A program made the position numbers and the translations under genes. The notes below the pieces were generated by a model. The model ran no database searches. It saw only the letters and a program-made list of their open reading frames with translations, and was not told the origin of the DNA. 64,000 bases of DNA, from the IMG/VR virus record IMGVR_UViG_3300032285_000709, positions 10,856 to 74,855 of that record; one strand, 5' to 3'. Source of the stretch: a virus. Position 1 is the stretch's first letter. The number at the start of each line of letters is the position of its first letter. This document shows positions 38,553 to 47,569 of this stretch, one piece after another.

Positions 38553-39023
38553 ATGATATTCAATAAAATAAAACAACTAAAAGAAGAAGGCAAAACAATT
38601 GGCATTACATTTAGCCAATTTGACATGTTACATGCAGGACACATTGCCATGCTGTCCGAGGTTAAAAATCACTGCGACTATCTAATTGCAGGGTTACAAA
38701 ATAACGCACAATGGGACCGTCCGGAAAAGAACGCACCTATCCAAAGTATTGTTGAAAGACAAATCCAATTAAGTGCAGTTCGTTATGTTGACGAAATCGT
38801 TGTTTACAATACAGAAAAAGACCTAGAAGACATATTGCTAACATTACCAATTGATGTTAGAATATTAGGTGTAGAGTATAAAGAAAAAGAATTTACTGGC
38901 AAGGATATTTGTGCCAAACGTGGTATTCAAATAATCTATAACGGACGAGACCATAGTTTTAGTTCAAGCAGTCTACGTAAACGTGTAGTACAAGCGGAGA
39001 AAGAAAAGAATGGAAAAATGTAA
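38553..39023 (+). CDS. cytidylyltransferase (TagD/RfaE-like)
   Basis: FDMLHAGH, ER...L.AVRYVDE, FSSSSLR. Confidence 0.9.
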   Translation: MIFNKIKQLKEEGKTIGITFSQFDMLHAGHIAMLSEVKNHCDYLIAGLQNNAQWDRPEKNAPIQSIVERQIQLSAVRYVDEIVVYNTEKDLEDILLTLPIDVRILGVEYKEKEFTGKDICAKRGIQIIYNGRDHSFSSSSLRKRVVQAEKEKNGKM

Positions 39024-39213
39024 TGCATGTGGTATTGAAATAACAGAAGATTCCGTACAGGTTTGTACATGGCGTCAAGGTCGGTGTCCCCATCAACCTG
39101 CACTAATCGACAGCGTACTTTCAGATCCATATAAGACTAGATTTTATAATCTAATACAATCTATCAAGAATTTTTTTACAAAGGATGACTGCAACTGCGG
39201 TCATAAACATTAA
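39010..39213 (+). CDS. small Cys-rich hypothetical protein
   Basis: CxxC...C.W.QGRCPH. Confidence 0.6.
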   Translation: MEKCNACGIEITEDSVQVCTWRQGRCPHQPALIDSVLSDPYKTRFYNLIQSIKNFFTKDDCNCGHKH

Positions 39214-39437
39214 TGACATCAGATGCAAAATTACAACAGTTATACGATAACTTTTTAGAATTCACAGATCACATGGTCGGACAATACGGTCCTTATGAGG
39301 TAGCCGGTGTTATGCTGGCCCAGGCATTAAGTATCTATAAGTCAAGTATGAATGAAACAGAATTTGACATGATGGTTGATACTATCAGCGCAAGCCGCAG
39401 TAAAGTTCAAACATTTGAAAGGACAGTACTACAATGA
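39213..39437 (+). CDS. hypothetical protein
   Basis: coupled ORF. Confidence 0.7.
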   Translation: MTSDAKLQQLYDNFLEFTDHMVGQYGPYEVAGVMLAQALSIYKSSMNETEFDMMVDTISASRSKVQTFERTVLQ

Positions 39438-39601
39438 GTAAAGGAAGTAGACCAAGACCACTAAAGGTACCTAAGGAACAATTCGATAATAACTTTGAAG
39501 GAATCTTTGGAAAGAGAGTACCTACTTATTTGAAGAAAATGATTCCAGACGAGCCTGTAATTAAACAAGAAACCAAAGAAGAACCTAAGGATAAAGAATG
39601 A
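39434..39601 (+). CDS. hypothetical protein, 55 aa (MSKGSRPRP)
   Basis: ATGA-coupled at both ends. Confidence 0.7.
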   Translation: MSKGSRPRPLKVPKEQFDNNFEGIFGKRVPTYLKKMIPDEPVIKQETKEEPKDKE

Positions 39602-40524
39602 AAGAATTATGGGTAGAGAAATATCGTCCTAAGACTGTAGCAGACTATGTGTTTAGAGATGACAACCAGCGCAATCAAGTCTTAACTTGGATCAAAGAAA
39701 AATCTATTCCGCATCTAATCTTAAGCGGAAGCCCGGGTATTGGTAAGACTACCCTAGCAAAGGTTTTGCTTAACGAAATCGGTGTAGAGGAATATGACAT
39801 CCTACAGATTAACGCCAGTCGCGATAACGGTGTAGAATACCTGCGTGATACTATTGTTACGTTTGTAAGCATGATTCCGTTCGGTCCATTTAAGGTTGTG
39901 TTGTTAGACGAAGCTGATTACTTGACACATAATGCGCAGGCGGTGTTGCGAGGCGTTATGGAAGAATTCCATGATACTGCAAGATTTATTCTTACATGCA
40001 ATCTTAAGAGCAAGATCATGCCTGCATTGTTTAGTCGCTCGCAAGGATTTGATATGGTCAAGACAGATCAAACTGAATTTACTGCTCGTGTAGCAACTAT
40101 CCTTGTCGAAGAGAATGTAGAATTTGATCTAGATACATTAGATACTATTGTAAAAGCAACTTACCCAGACTTACGTAAGTGTATTAACCTAGCACAACAA
40201 AGTATTGTTGACAATAAGTTAGTACTACCAGGAGTAGGCGATGCCGGGCAAGCAGACTATAAAGTAGAAATGGTTAATCTGTTTAAAGCAGGTGATATCC
40301 AAGGTGCCCGAAAACTGTTATGCGGAACTGTGCGTCCAGAAGAGATGGAAGAAGTTTATACTTGGATGTATCAAAACTTAGACTTGTTTGGCAAAGATGA
40401 CGATCAGAAAGACTCAGCATTGTTTATCATCAAGCAAGGATTATGCGATCATGCTATCATCGCCGATCCGGAAATTAATCTAGCAACTGTACTTGCCAAA
40501 CTAGGCAGATTACAGAAGCAATAA
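39598..40524 (+). CDS. clamp loader AAA+ subunit (RFC/gp44-like)
   Basis: WVEKYRP, GSPGIGKT, NAS, LLDEAD, FILTCN, DLRKCIN. Confidence 0.93.
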   Translation: MKELWVEKYRPKTVADYVFRDDNQRNQVLTWIKEKSIPHLILSGSPGIGKTTLAKVLLNEIGVEEYDILQINASRDNGVEYLRDTIVTFVSMIPFGPFKVVLLDEADYLTHNAQAVLRGVMEEFHDTARFILTCNLKSKIMPALFSRSQGFDMVKTDQTEFTARVATILVEENVEFDLDTLDTIVKATYPDLRKCINLAQQSIVDNKLVLPGVGDAGQADYKVEMVNLFKAGDIQGARKLLCGTVRPEEMEEVYTWMYQNLDLFGKDDDQKDSALFIIKQGLCDHAIIADPEINLATVLAKLGRLQKQ

Positions 40525-40525
40525 A

Positions 40526-40570
40526 AAACCGCGCTATCCGGATTTGCAGGTCTGGGTGAATGCGCGGTTT
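40526..40570. terminator. hairpin between convergent genes, likely bidirectional terminator
   Basis: AAACCGCGC/GCGCGGTTT, A-run before and T-rich after. Confidence 0.7.
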
Positions 40571-40590
40571 CTCTTGAATTGATTTAGAGT

Positions 40591-41340
40591 TTAATCAGTA
40601 TCCAGCTCCTTGTATATAGATAAAACTTCGCGAACGACCGGGTGGCGTTCGATATCCTTTGTTTGAAACTTGGCCATGGCAATCATTCGGCAGTCACCTC
40701 CTTCATCGAATAATGTGCAGAATTCCAACAAACCGTTTTCACGGGGTCGGTCAGCCTGATTCAAATCTCCAGTCACAACCATTCGGCTACCTTCACCTAA
40801 CCGTGTAAGTAGCATCTTCATTTGTGATGGCGTTGCGTTTTGCATTTCGTCGGCAACAATCATAGCGTGTTTAAATGTACGACCACGCATATATGCCAAC
40901 GGACTAATTTCAATTACACCTTCTTCTAGCATTTCTGCAATTTGTTTAGTGTGATAATATTCTTGAAATACGTCCATAATGGGCTTTGTCCAGGGCTCCA
41001 TTTTTTGATTTAACGTACCTGGGAGGAAGCCATGTTCCTCGTCTACACTTACAGCTGGCCTTGTAATGATTATGCGCTCAATCACCCCCTCTTTTAATTG
41101 TTTAATGGCCCACTGAACACCCAACATAGTTTTACCCGTACCGGCTGGGCCGATAGCGAATACAATATGTTTTTTGGGATTCTTTAGAAGTTCTAAGTAT
41201 ACCTCCTGCGAAGTGTTTCGCGGAACTATATGAACCTGCTGTTTCTTTTTGAAATAAGTGTTTATTTCTACTACATTTTGACTGTCGTTATAACGTGAAC
41301 CCTGTTGTGGATTACGTCTTTTTGCGCTGTTTCTAGACAA
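40591..41340 (-). CDS. phoH: PhoH-family ATPase
   Basis: GPAGTGKT, ITRPAV, GFLPG, YMRGRTF, DEMQN, LTRLG, GDLNQ; GGAGG RBS, TTG start. Confidence 0.96.
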   Translation of the reverse strand: MSRNSAKRRNPQQGSRYNDSQNVVEINTYFKKKQQVHIVPRNTSQEVYLELLKNPKKHIVFAIGPAGTGKTMLGVQWAIKQLKEGVIERIIITRPAVSVDEEHGFLPGTLNQKMEPWTKPIMDVFQEYYHTKQIAEMLEEGVIEISPLAYMRGRTFKHAMIVADEMQNATPSQMKMLLTRLGEGSRMVVTGDLNQADRPRENGLLEFCTLFDEGGDCRMIAMAKFQTKDIERHPVVREVLSIYKELDTD

Positions 41341-41465
41341 ATCTAACCTCCATTAGTTAGGAGACCTGCAAAGATATTTACGACAATTTTAAAAAACAGG
41401 GTTCAAATAGGGTTTTTTTGGATAGACGAATCTTAGCATAAATATTCAAGTTATCAGGAACTCAC

Positions 41466-42020
41466 ATGCACGATATAGTAGACATTGTTAAAAACATACA
41501 AACATTAGCGGCAGACGATTCATCATTTAAAATACTCAAAGACTATGAGCGTGTTTTAGATGATCTAGATCTGTACGTATTTAAAAACTGGGAAGATGGC
41601 GAGTTACTTGCAGGCCCTAACGTCAGCCGATATTTTGTTAGCTGTAAATTCATGTGGCCAGAAAATGATATGCCAGATCCAGAAGGTGCAGAACGTCTAC
41701 TAGAATATGGTTGTAAGGTCACATTCCAAAAGAACAAAATTCTAGTTCCACGTAAAGTACGCAAGCCAAGCGACTTCCGCCCTGGTACAAAGAAAGGTAA
41801 GATTGATCCACATCCTATTTGGGTCGTAGAGATTACTATTCCTAAGAAATTAATGCAGGATATCTTTACAGGTAAAGAATTACAAGATAATATTCAATAT
41901 GCAGAAGCAATGCAACGAGCAGAAGCAAGTAATATCGAACCAACAGAAGCGGCACAAGAAGCTATGCCAAATCAAATAGACAGTACGGAGCAAACAGATG
42001 TCCCAGCAACCCCACAATAA
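41466..42020 (+). CDS. hypothetical late protein
   Basis: TAAATA at 41439, AGGA RBS. Confidence 0.75.
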   Translation: MHDIVDIVKNIQTLAADDSSFKILKDYERVLDDLDLYVFKNWEDGELLAGPNVSRYFVSCKFMWPENDMPDPEGAERLLEYGCKVTFQKNKILVPRKVRKPSDFRPGTKKGKIDPHPIWVVEITIPKKLMQDIFTGKELQDNIQYAEAMQRAEASNIEPTEAAQEAMPNQIDSTEQTDVPATPQ

Positions 42021-42753
42021 ACTGTTTGAAGGTCTTAGAGAAGGGGACCTAAAAGGCTGTGTAGACAGTATCTTTACCGTAGATCAATATACAAGCAAGA
42101 TGGGCAACGATCGTGATTGTGCTGTATTACGTTTTAGAGTTAACGATAAATTCCCTGCGATCGATATGATGGAATTCCTTGAGCGTGGCTACGGATTTAT
42201 TCTCGATTCTGATATTAGCTCAGGTGAGGAACGTGATAGCAAATATAGTGTGTTTGTTGAAATGGAACGCACTAAAAAATTACCGAGCCAAATTAGAACT
42301 ATTTTAGACGGTCTATCTAAACTCACAGGCAATGAAGAATGGAAGTTTAGATTCTACAAAGATTCTATGAGCCGTGACTTTACTGAAGAAGGAATTACAG
42401 AAAGTGTTCCATTAACTCCAGAAGAGTACGATATGAAATTAAACGAAAACAAAAATCAAGAAGTTAACGAATTTTTTAGCGAAGGTGGAGTTGAAGTTTC
42501 AATAGATGAAGGAATGACTCTTACTTTTAAAAAGCCATTCTTTGAAAATTTAAAATTAGAATTAGAATGCATTGGTCAGTACGATAATATTATGCAGGAC
42601 CTTAAAGGACCTTATCAGATCGACGAAACATCAACGTCGGAAATATTTTATCTTACCAAATATTTAGGTAACTATGATATTAACAAAATAGGTGGCAAGT
42701 TTGTTATTAGAAAAAATAACCAAGCCGCTCTTGTAAATTTTAATAAAGGATAA
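41998..42753 (+). CDS. hypothetical late protein (LFE.L...DL...V...F.VD.Y.SKMG)
   Basis: GGAG RBS. Confidence 0.75.
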   Translation: MSQQPHNKLFEGLREGDLKGCVDSIFTVDQYTSKMGNDRDCAVLRFRVNDKFPAIDMMEFLERGYGFILDSDISSGEERDSKYSVFVEMERTKKLPSQIRTILDGLSKLTGNEEWKFRFYKDSMSRDFTEEGITESVPLTPEEYDMKLNENKNQEVNEFFSEGGVEVSIDEGMTLTFKKPFFENLKLELECIGQYDNIMQDLKGPYQIDETSTSEIFYLTKYLGNYDINKIGGKFVIRKNNQAALVNFNKG

Positions 42754-42755
42754 AC

Positions 42756-43385
42756 ATGTCAGATTTTACATTCGATTTTACAGTAGACAAATTAGCTCAG
42801 ATACTTCCAGGTAACCCCTATCTAGATCACTGGCATGAAGCATTGTGCAAAATTTTGCCAGACTACGACATCGATACCCCTGAGCGTGTAGCGGCTTTTT
42901 TAGCACAAACAGCACACGAGTCAGGTGGCTATAAAGCACTAAAAGAAAATTTAAACTATCGTGCAGAGACACTATGCAAGGTATGGCCAAGACTATTTCC
43001 TAATATGGATATAGCGAACCAGTATGCACACAAACCAGAAGCTATTGCTAATCGTGCATACGGCGGGCGTATGGGCAACGGTCCCGAGGAATCAGGAGAC
43101 GGTTATCGCTATTGCGGAAGAGGATTAATACAATTGACTGGTAAGCAAAACTATACCAAGTTTGCCGAAAGCATTGATACACCATTAGAAGAAATTCCAG
43201 ACTTTCTAGCTACATTTGAAGGTGCTATTCAATCAGCTTGCTGGTTCTGGGAAACTAATAACCTAAACCAATACGCAGACAGCGGCGACATTCTTACTAT
43301 GACTAAGAAGATCAACGGCGGAACACTAGGCCTTGCAGATCGCCAACAGCATTACCAACACGCTATTCACGTCCTACAAGGATAA
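42756..43385 (+). CDS. glycoside hydrolase family 19 endolysin
   Basis: AAFLAQTAHESGG, ENLNY, GRGLIQLTG..NY, SACWFW, INGG..GL.DR. Confidence 0.92.
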   Translation: MSDFTFDFTVDKLAQILPGNPYLDHWHEALCKILPDYDIDTPERVAAFLAQTAHESGGYKALKENLNYRAETLCKVWPRLFPNMDIANQYAHKPEAIANRAYGGRMGNGPEESGDGYRYCGRGLIQLTGKQNYTKFAESIDTPLEEIPDFLATFEGAIQSACWFWETNNLNQYADSGDILTMTKKINGGTLGLADRQQHYQHAIHVLQG

Positions 43386-43388
43386 GCC

Positions 43389-43871
43389 ATGAGCCAAATT
43401 GCTTGGATGTTCAGTTTAATACCTGATGCCGTTCTAAACTGGGTCTACTGGTTTATTATCGCATTAGGCATCTCAGGTATAGCGGCTGGTTGGTTAGGTC
43501 GCTGGATTCCGTTATACGGAAAATACGTAGGATTTCTAAAACCAGCTGGCGTTGCTGTGTTAGTTTTAGGAGTTTGGCTACGTGGCGGTTACGATACAGA
43601 AATGGCATGGAGAGCTAAGGTAGAAGAAGCACAGGCTAAAGTTGCGGCCGCCGAAGTTAAATCCAAAGAAACTAATGTAGTTGTAAAAAAAGTATATGTT
43701 GATCGTGTAAAGAAAGTTAAAGAATTACAGATCGTCTATCAAGATCGTATTAAAGAAATCGAAAAGCGGATCGACGCAGAATGTAAGGTTGCTCCAGAAG
43801 CAATCAGTATCTTAAACGATGCCGCGAAACTCCGCAAAGGAACTGTTACTATTGAGGAGGTTAAGAAATGA
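43389..43871 (+). CDS. putative i-spanin (Rz-like)
   Basis: TM segments then coiled coil with Cys; follows endolysin. Confidence 0.7.
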   Translation: MSQIAWMFSLIPDAVLNWVYWFIIALGISGIAAGWLGRWIPLYGKYVGFLKPAGVAVLVLGVWLRGGYDTEMAWRAKVEEAQAKVAAAEVKSKETNVVVKKVYVDRVKKVKELQIVYQDRIKEIEKRIDAECKVAPEAISILNDAAKLRKGTVTIEEVKK

Positions 43872-44137
43872 AACGTTTATTAGTTTTATTTTCTGTATTA
43901 TTGCTAACAGCATGTGCTACCTCAGTACCAGTAACAATGAACTTTCCACAAGTACCCGAAGAGTTGAAAGTTGCATGTCCCGATTTAAAAGAAACTGATC
44001 CAAATACTACAAAACTTAGCGAAGTTGTATCAGTAGTTGTTGATAATTATGGACAATATCAAGAATGTCGAATTAAAGTCGATGCTTGGATACAATGGTA
44101 CGATAGTCAAAAGAAAATATTTGAGAGCATCAAATGA
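43868..44137 (+). CDS. putative o-spanin (Rz1-like lipoprotein)
   Basis: lipobox LLTAC, P..P.EL...CP, NY..Y.EC. Confidence 0.78.
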   Translation: MKRLLVLFSVLLLTACATSVPVTMNFPQVPEELKVACPDLKETDPNTTKLSEVVSVVVDNYGQYQECRIKVDAWIQWYDSQKKIFESIK

Positions 44138-44535
44138 AAAAAATAATCCTACTTGCAGTAATTAGTTTGTTGCAAGGGTGTGCATTGTATGATGCGTACT
44201 TCATGGCACGATTTGACAACAACGAATATTTACTAATCAATAAAATTAGAACTGAAGCAAACTTAGGAGCGGCCAAATGCGGCAAGCCCGAAGTAATTGA
44301 AGAAGTTGATCGTGTGTGGAGAACTGCTGTAGAGTTTAAAAATTATACACAGAGTATTCCCCACAACGAAGAAGCTACAAAGATGGGTAGCGAGTTAGCT
44401 GAAATTGTTAAAGGGTTAAGTGATCGATATCACGGAAAAGAACCTGTTAGCATGATGTATTGCACTACTAAATTTAGCAGTATTGAGCGCAACGCTGTTA
44501 ATATACAAAACGTTATAGGGAAGAAACCAAGATGA
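44134..44535 (+). CDS. putative lipoprotein
   Basis: lipobox LLQGC. Confidence 0.7.
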   Translation: MKKIILLAVISLLQGCALYDAYFMARFDNNEYLLINKIRTEANLGAAKCGKPEVIEEVDRVWRTAVEFKNYTQSIPHNEEATKMGSELAEIVKGLSDRYHGKEPVSMMYCTTKFSSIERNAVNIQNVIGKKPR

Positions 44536-44786
44536 GCGTAGAAATTAATCAAGCATTAGAAGCTATTTTTAATACCGGCGATCCTAATATGCAGGATCTT
44601 GCTAACCGTGCTCTAGCACTAAAGCAAGCACTAGAACAAGGTCAAATTAGTGCGGGTGAATATAAAGAAATGATCACTGATTTGTATCACGAAAAGAATA
44701 TTAACGAAGCTGTACAAGATCTAGCACTAAAAGAACACATAAATTCAGCAATGAACGCCCTGATAAATCTAGCATCATTGTATTAA
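44532..44786 (+). CDS. hypothetical protein
   Basis: coupled ORF. Confidence 0.7.
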   Translation: MSVEINQALEAIFNTGDPNMQDLANRALALKQALEQGQISAGEYKEMITDLYHEKNINEAVQDLALKEHINSAMNALINLASLY

Positions 44787-44811
44787 ATAAGAGTATAGTA
44801 AGGAGCGAACG

Positions 44812-45396
44812 ATGGCACTAATCGATTCAGTATTAAATTTAGTAAACAAAACACCAAAAGATCCGGATGCGCCTAAGCCGCCGGTTGGATCAAGATCAGA
44901 GCGCGAAGCAAAGATCAAAGATAAAGCAGGTATGGTTATCAACATATTTGCTTTATGTCTAGCAGTCAACGCATGGTATGGCGGCAAGTTGTCTAGCACA
45001 GTATTAAACAATACTATCAAGGCTAACGACACTTATAGCTTCTATCAAGCTAAATCAATTAAGCAAAGTCTAGCAGAACAAAACTTGTACGAAGCACAAC
45101 ACAATGGTGATAAAGCTCGTGCCGCCGAGATGGCCGCAAAGATCGATCGTTATGAAAACGAGCCTAAAGAAGGTAAGAAGGATTTAATGATTAAAGCCAA
45201 AGCATTAGAAGCAGAAAGAGATGATGCTAAGATGCGTAGCCCATGGATTGGATATGCGAGTACAGCATATCAATTAGCAATCGTTTTACTATCCGCAAGT
45301 ATCCTTGCTGTTAGTATGCCTTTGTTCTGGGGTAGCTTTGTAGTAGCAGGTATTGGTTTAGTATTGAGCCTGCAAGGAGCTTTACTATGGTTCTAA
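44812..45396 (+). CDS. DUF4337-like membrane protein
   Basis: AND.YSFYQAKSIK, QLAIVL.S; TAAATA and AAGGAG upstream. Confidence 0.7.
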   Translation: MALIDSVLNLVNKTPKDPDAPKPPVGSRSEREAKIKDKAGMVINIFALCLAVNAWYGGKLSSTVLNNTIKANDTYSFYQAKSIKQSLAEQNLYEAQHNGDKARAAEMAAKIDRYENEPKEGKKDLMIKAKALEAERDDAKMRSPWIGYASTAYQLAIVLLSASILAVSMPLFWGSFVVAGIGLVLSLQGALLWF

Positions 45397-45458
45397 ATAA
45401 CACTGATGATTGCCCTATCTGCGGGCATAAACATCCTAAACAATAAATTGGAGCATTT

Positions 45459-45986
45459 ATGACAGATCAAGTATTAAGCGAAAGCGAAAAGAAAAAAGAA
45501 GATTGGATGAACAGTAAATGGCGTCCAATGATGGGTTGGATGTATATGTTAATCTGTACAATGGATATGGTTGTATTTCCAATTCTATGGAGTTTATTAC
45601 AAGCTGTAACTCATACTGCAATTACACAATGGAATCCACTGACACTACAGGGCGCCGGTCTATTCCATATCGCCATGGGTGCAGTTCTTGGTATTGCGGC
45701 ATTTGGTCGTACACAAGAAAAACTAAACGGAGCAAACAATGGCGGAGCAAACGTACCATCAAGCAACTTTACAGCACCTAGCGCACCTGCGCCAAGCTTC
45801 GGTGCCGCACCTGGGGGCTTCAGTTCTCCAGCACCAGCACCAGCCCCAAGTAGCTTTGGCGGAGGCGGGTTTGGAAGCACACCTCCAGCACCAGCGCCAA
45901 GTTTCGGAGGCGGATTTAATTCATCGCCAGCAGTAAACGCCAAAGGCCAAAAAGTTGTTCCACAAGACGACTTTCCACCACTATAA
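45459..45986 (+). CDS. 3TM-type holin-like protein with P/G/S/F low-complexity tail
   Basis: KWRPMMGW.Y...C..D, MGAVLG..A.GRT.EK. Confidence 0.72.
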   Translation: MTDQVLSESEKKKEDWMNSKWRPMMGWMYMLICTMDMVVFPILWSLLQAVTHTAITQWNPLTLQGAGLFHIAMGAVLGIAAFGRTQEKLNGANNGGANVPSSNFTAPSAPAPSFGAAPGGFSSPAPAPAPSSFGGGGFGSTPPAPAPSFGGGFNSSPAVNAKGQKVVPQDDFPPL

Positions 45987-45997
45987 GGAAATTTAAA

Positions 45998-46180
45998 ATG
46001 AAAAAATTATTAGCATTATTATTAGTAGCAGTATTTGCCTCAACAGCAATGGCCGCTGAGCCAGTCAAGAAGGCCCCAGCTAAGAAAGAAGCCCCAGCTA
46101 AGAAAGAAGTCAAAAAACATAAAAAGTTTGATGGTGAAAAAGTTCCAGAAAAGGCACCGGCACCAGCAAAGAAAAAGTAA
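45998..46180 (+). CDS. small secreted Lys/Ala/Pro-rich protein
   Basis: Sec signal (AMA|A), AAGGA RBS. Confidence 0.75.
   Translation: MKKLLALLLVAVFASTAMAAEPVKKAPAKKEAPAKKEVKKHKKFDGEKVPEKAPAPAKKK
46073..46108 (+). repeat. 18-bp tandem duplication GCCCCAGCTAAGAAAGAA x2
   Basis: exact repeat encoding APAKKE. Confidence 0.9.
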
Positions 46181-46188
46181 TTCTTTAT

Positions 46189-46245
46189 TTGACACAAGCA
46201 AGGCTTCGAGTGTATAATTACACTATGAACCTTGCTTTTTTATTT
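46189..46245 (+). promoter_or_regulatory. sigma70 promoter TTGACA-18-TATAAT nested in a terminator-like hairpin
   Basis: AAGCAAGG/CCTTGCTT and AGTGTA/TACACT stems followed by a T-run. Confidence 0.7.
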
Positions 46246-46250
46246 CCGAA

Positions 46251-47057
46251 ATGAACTATTACGATACCCTAGGCGTCAGTAAAGGCGCAACAGCAGATGA
46301 AATCAAAAAGGCCTATAGAAGCCTTGCAATGAAGCACCACCCCGATCGTGGAGGTGATACTGCCAAATTCAAAGAAATCCAAGAAGCTTATGATACACTA
46401 AGCGATGATCAAAAACGTAGCAGTTACGATCAACCACAACAAGCATACCATCAACATAATTCCGGATTTGGATTTCCGCCAGGATTTGATGCATTCTTTG
46501 GTCACAGTCAATTTAGTGACTTATTTAGACCGCATAGATCTCGAAATAGAGATTTGAATTTTGCCACTCGCATTTCTTTAGAAGATGCATTTTATGGCAA
46601 AGAAATGGTTTTTAGTTTTATTAAAGCAAATGGTCAGGAAAAAATCGTTAACGTAAAAATTCCAGCAGGTATACATAGCGGAATGACTTTACGATTAAGT
46701 GGTATGGGAGATGATACACTTAGCGGACTGCCAGCAGGCGATGTGTTAATTACTGTTGAAGTTATGAATCATCATGAGTTCGTTAGACAAGGCGATGACT
46801 TAATTAAAGAAATTGATTTAAATTGCTTTGATGCGATGTTAGGGTCTCAAATAAACATTACTACTATCGATGGCAAGACTTTAACTGGAAATGTTCCAGC
46901 TGGTACACAACACGATGCAATCATGGCCATCGCAGATCACGGAATGCCAAATGTTAACAATAATGGTAGCAGAGGCCGACTACTTTTGCAATTAAAAATC
47001 AAAATCCCGACTATTAGCGAACAACAAAAAGAAGCTATACGAAAGATTATAAAGTAA
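46251..47057 (+). CDS. dnaJ: DnaJ-class co-chaperone (CbpA-like, no zinc finger)
   Basis: J-domain HPD, G/F region, C-terminal domain. Confidence 0.93.
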   Translation: MNYYDTLGVSKGATADEIKKAYRSLAMKHHPDRGGDTAKFKEIQEAYDTLSDDQKRSSYDQPQQAYHQHNSGFGFPPGFDAFFGHSQFSDLFRPHRSRNRDLNFATRISLEDAFYGKEMVFSFIKANGQEKIVNVKIPAGIHSGMTLRLSGMGDDTLSGLPAGDVLITVEVMNHHEFVRQGDDLIKEIDLNCFDAMLGSQINITTIDGKTLTGNVPAGTQHDAIMAIADHGMPNVNNNGSRGRLLLQLKIKIPTISEQQKEAIRKIIK

Positions 47058-47569
47058 TGATACTACAAATTATTAAATTTCCAAATCCAATTCTAAGAAC
47101 CAGGATGCCTGAGTTTGATTTCAAGAATCCCCTTATCGATCCAAAAGAATTAGAAACAAATTTAATCGAAACAATGTTTGCCAACGGGGGAATCGGACTT
47201 GCGGCAAATCAAGCAGGGATAGAAACCAGAGCGTTTGCTATGGGCGATCCACGTGTCCCAGAAAATGCCACTGTGTTTTTTAATCCAATCGTAACAGCTA
47301 ATACAAAAGACATAGACGATTTGGAGGAAGGGTGCTTGAGTTTTCCCGGAATTTATGTTAATATTAAAAGACCTAAAGCTATCAAAGTCAGTTGGCAAAA
47401 TAGCAGTGGGGAACCTATGGAAGGTGAGTTTGACGGTTACATGTGCAAGGTATTTTTACATGAGTTAGATCACCTCGAAGGGGTTGTGTTTTCAGATCGT
47501 GTCAGCCAATTAAAATGGGCAATGGCACTAAAAAAATTAAAATCAAATAGAAGGAAATTTAATGCTTGA
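47057..47569 (+). CDS. def: peptide deformylase
   Basis: GIGLAANQ, EGCLS, HELDHL. Confidence 0.95.
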   Translation: MILQIIKFPNPILRTRMPEFDFKNPLIDPKELETNLIETMFANGGIGLAANQAGIETRAFAMGDPRVPENATVFFNPIVTANTKDIDDLEEGCLSFPGIYVNIKRPKAIKVSWQNSSGEPMEGEFDGYMCKVFLHELDHLEGVVFSDRVSQLKWAMALKKLKSNRRKFNA

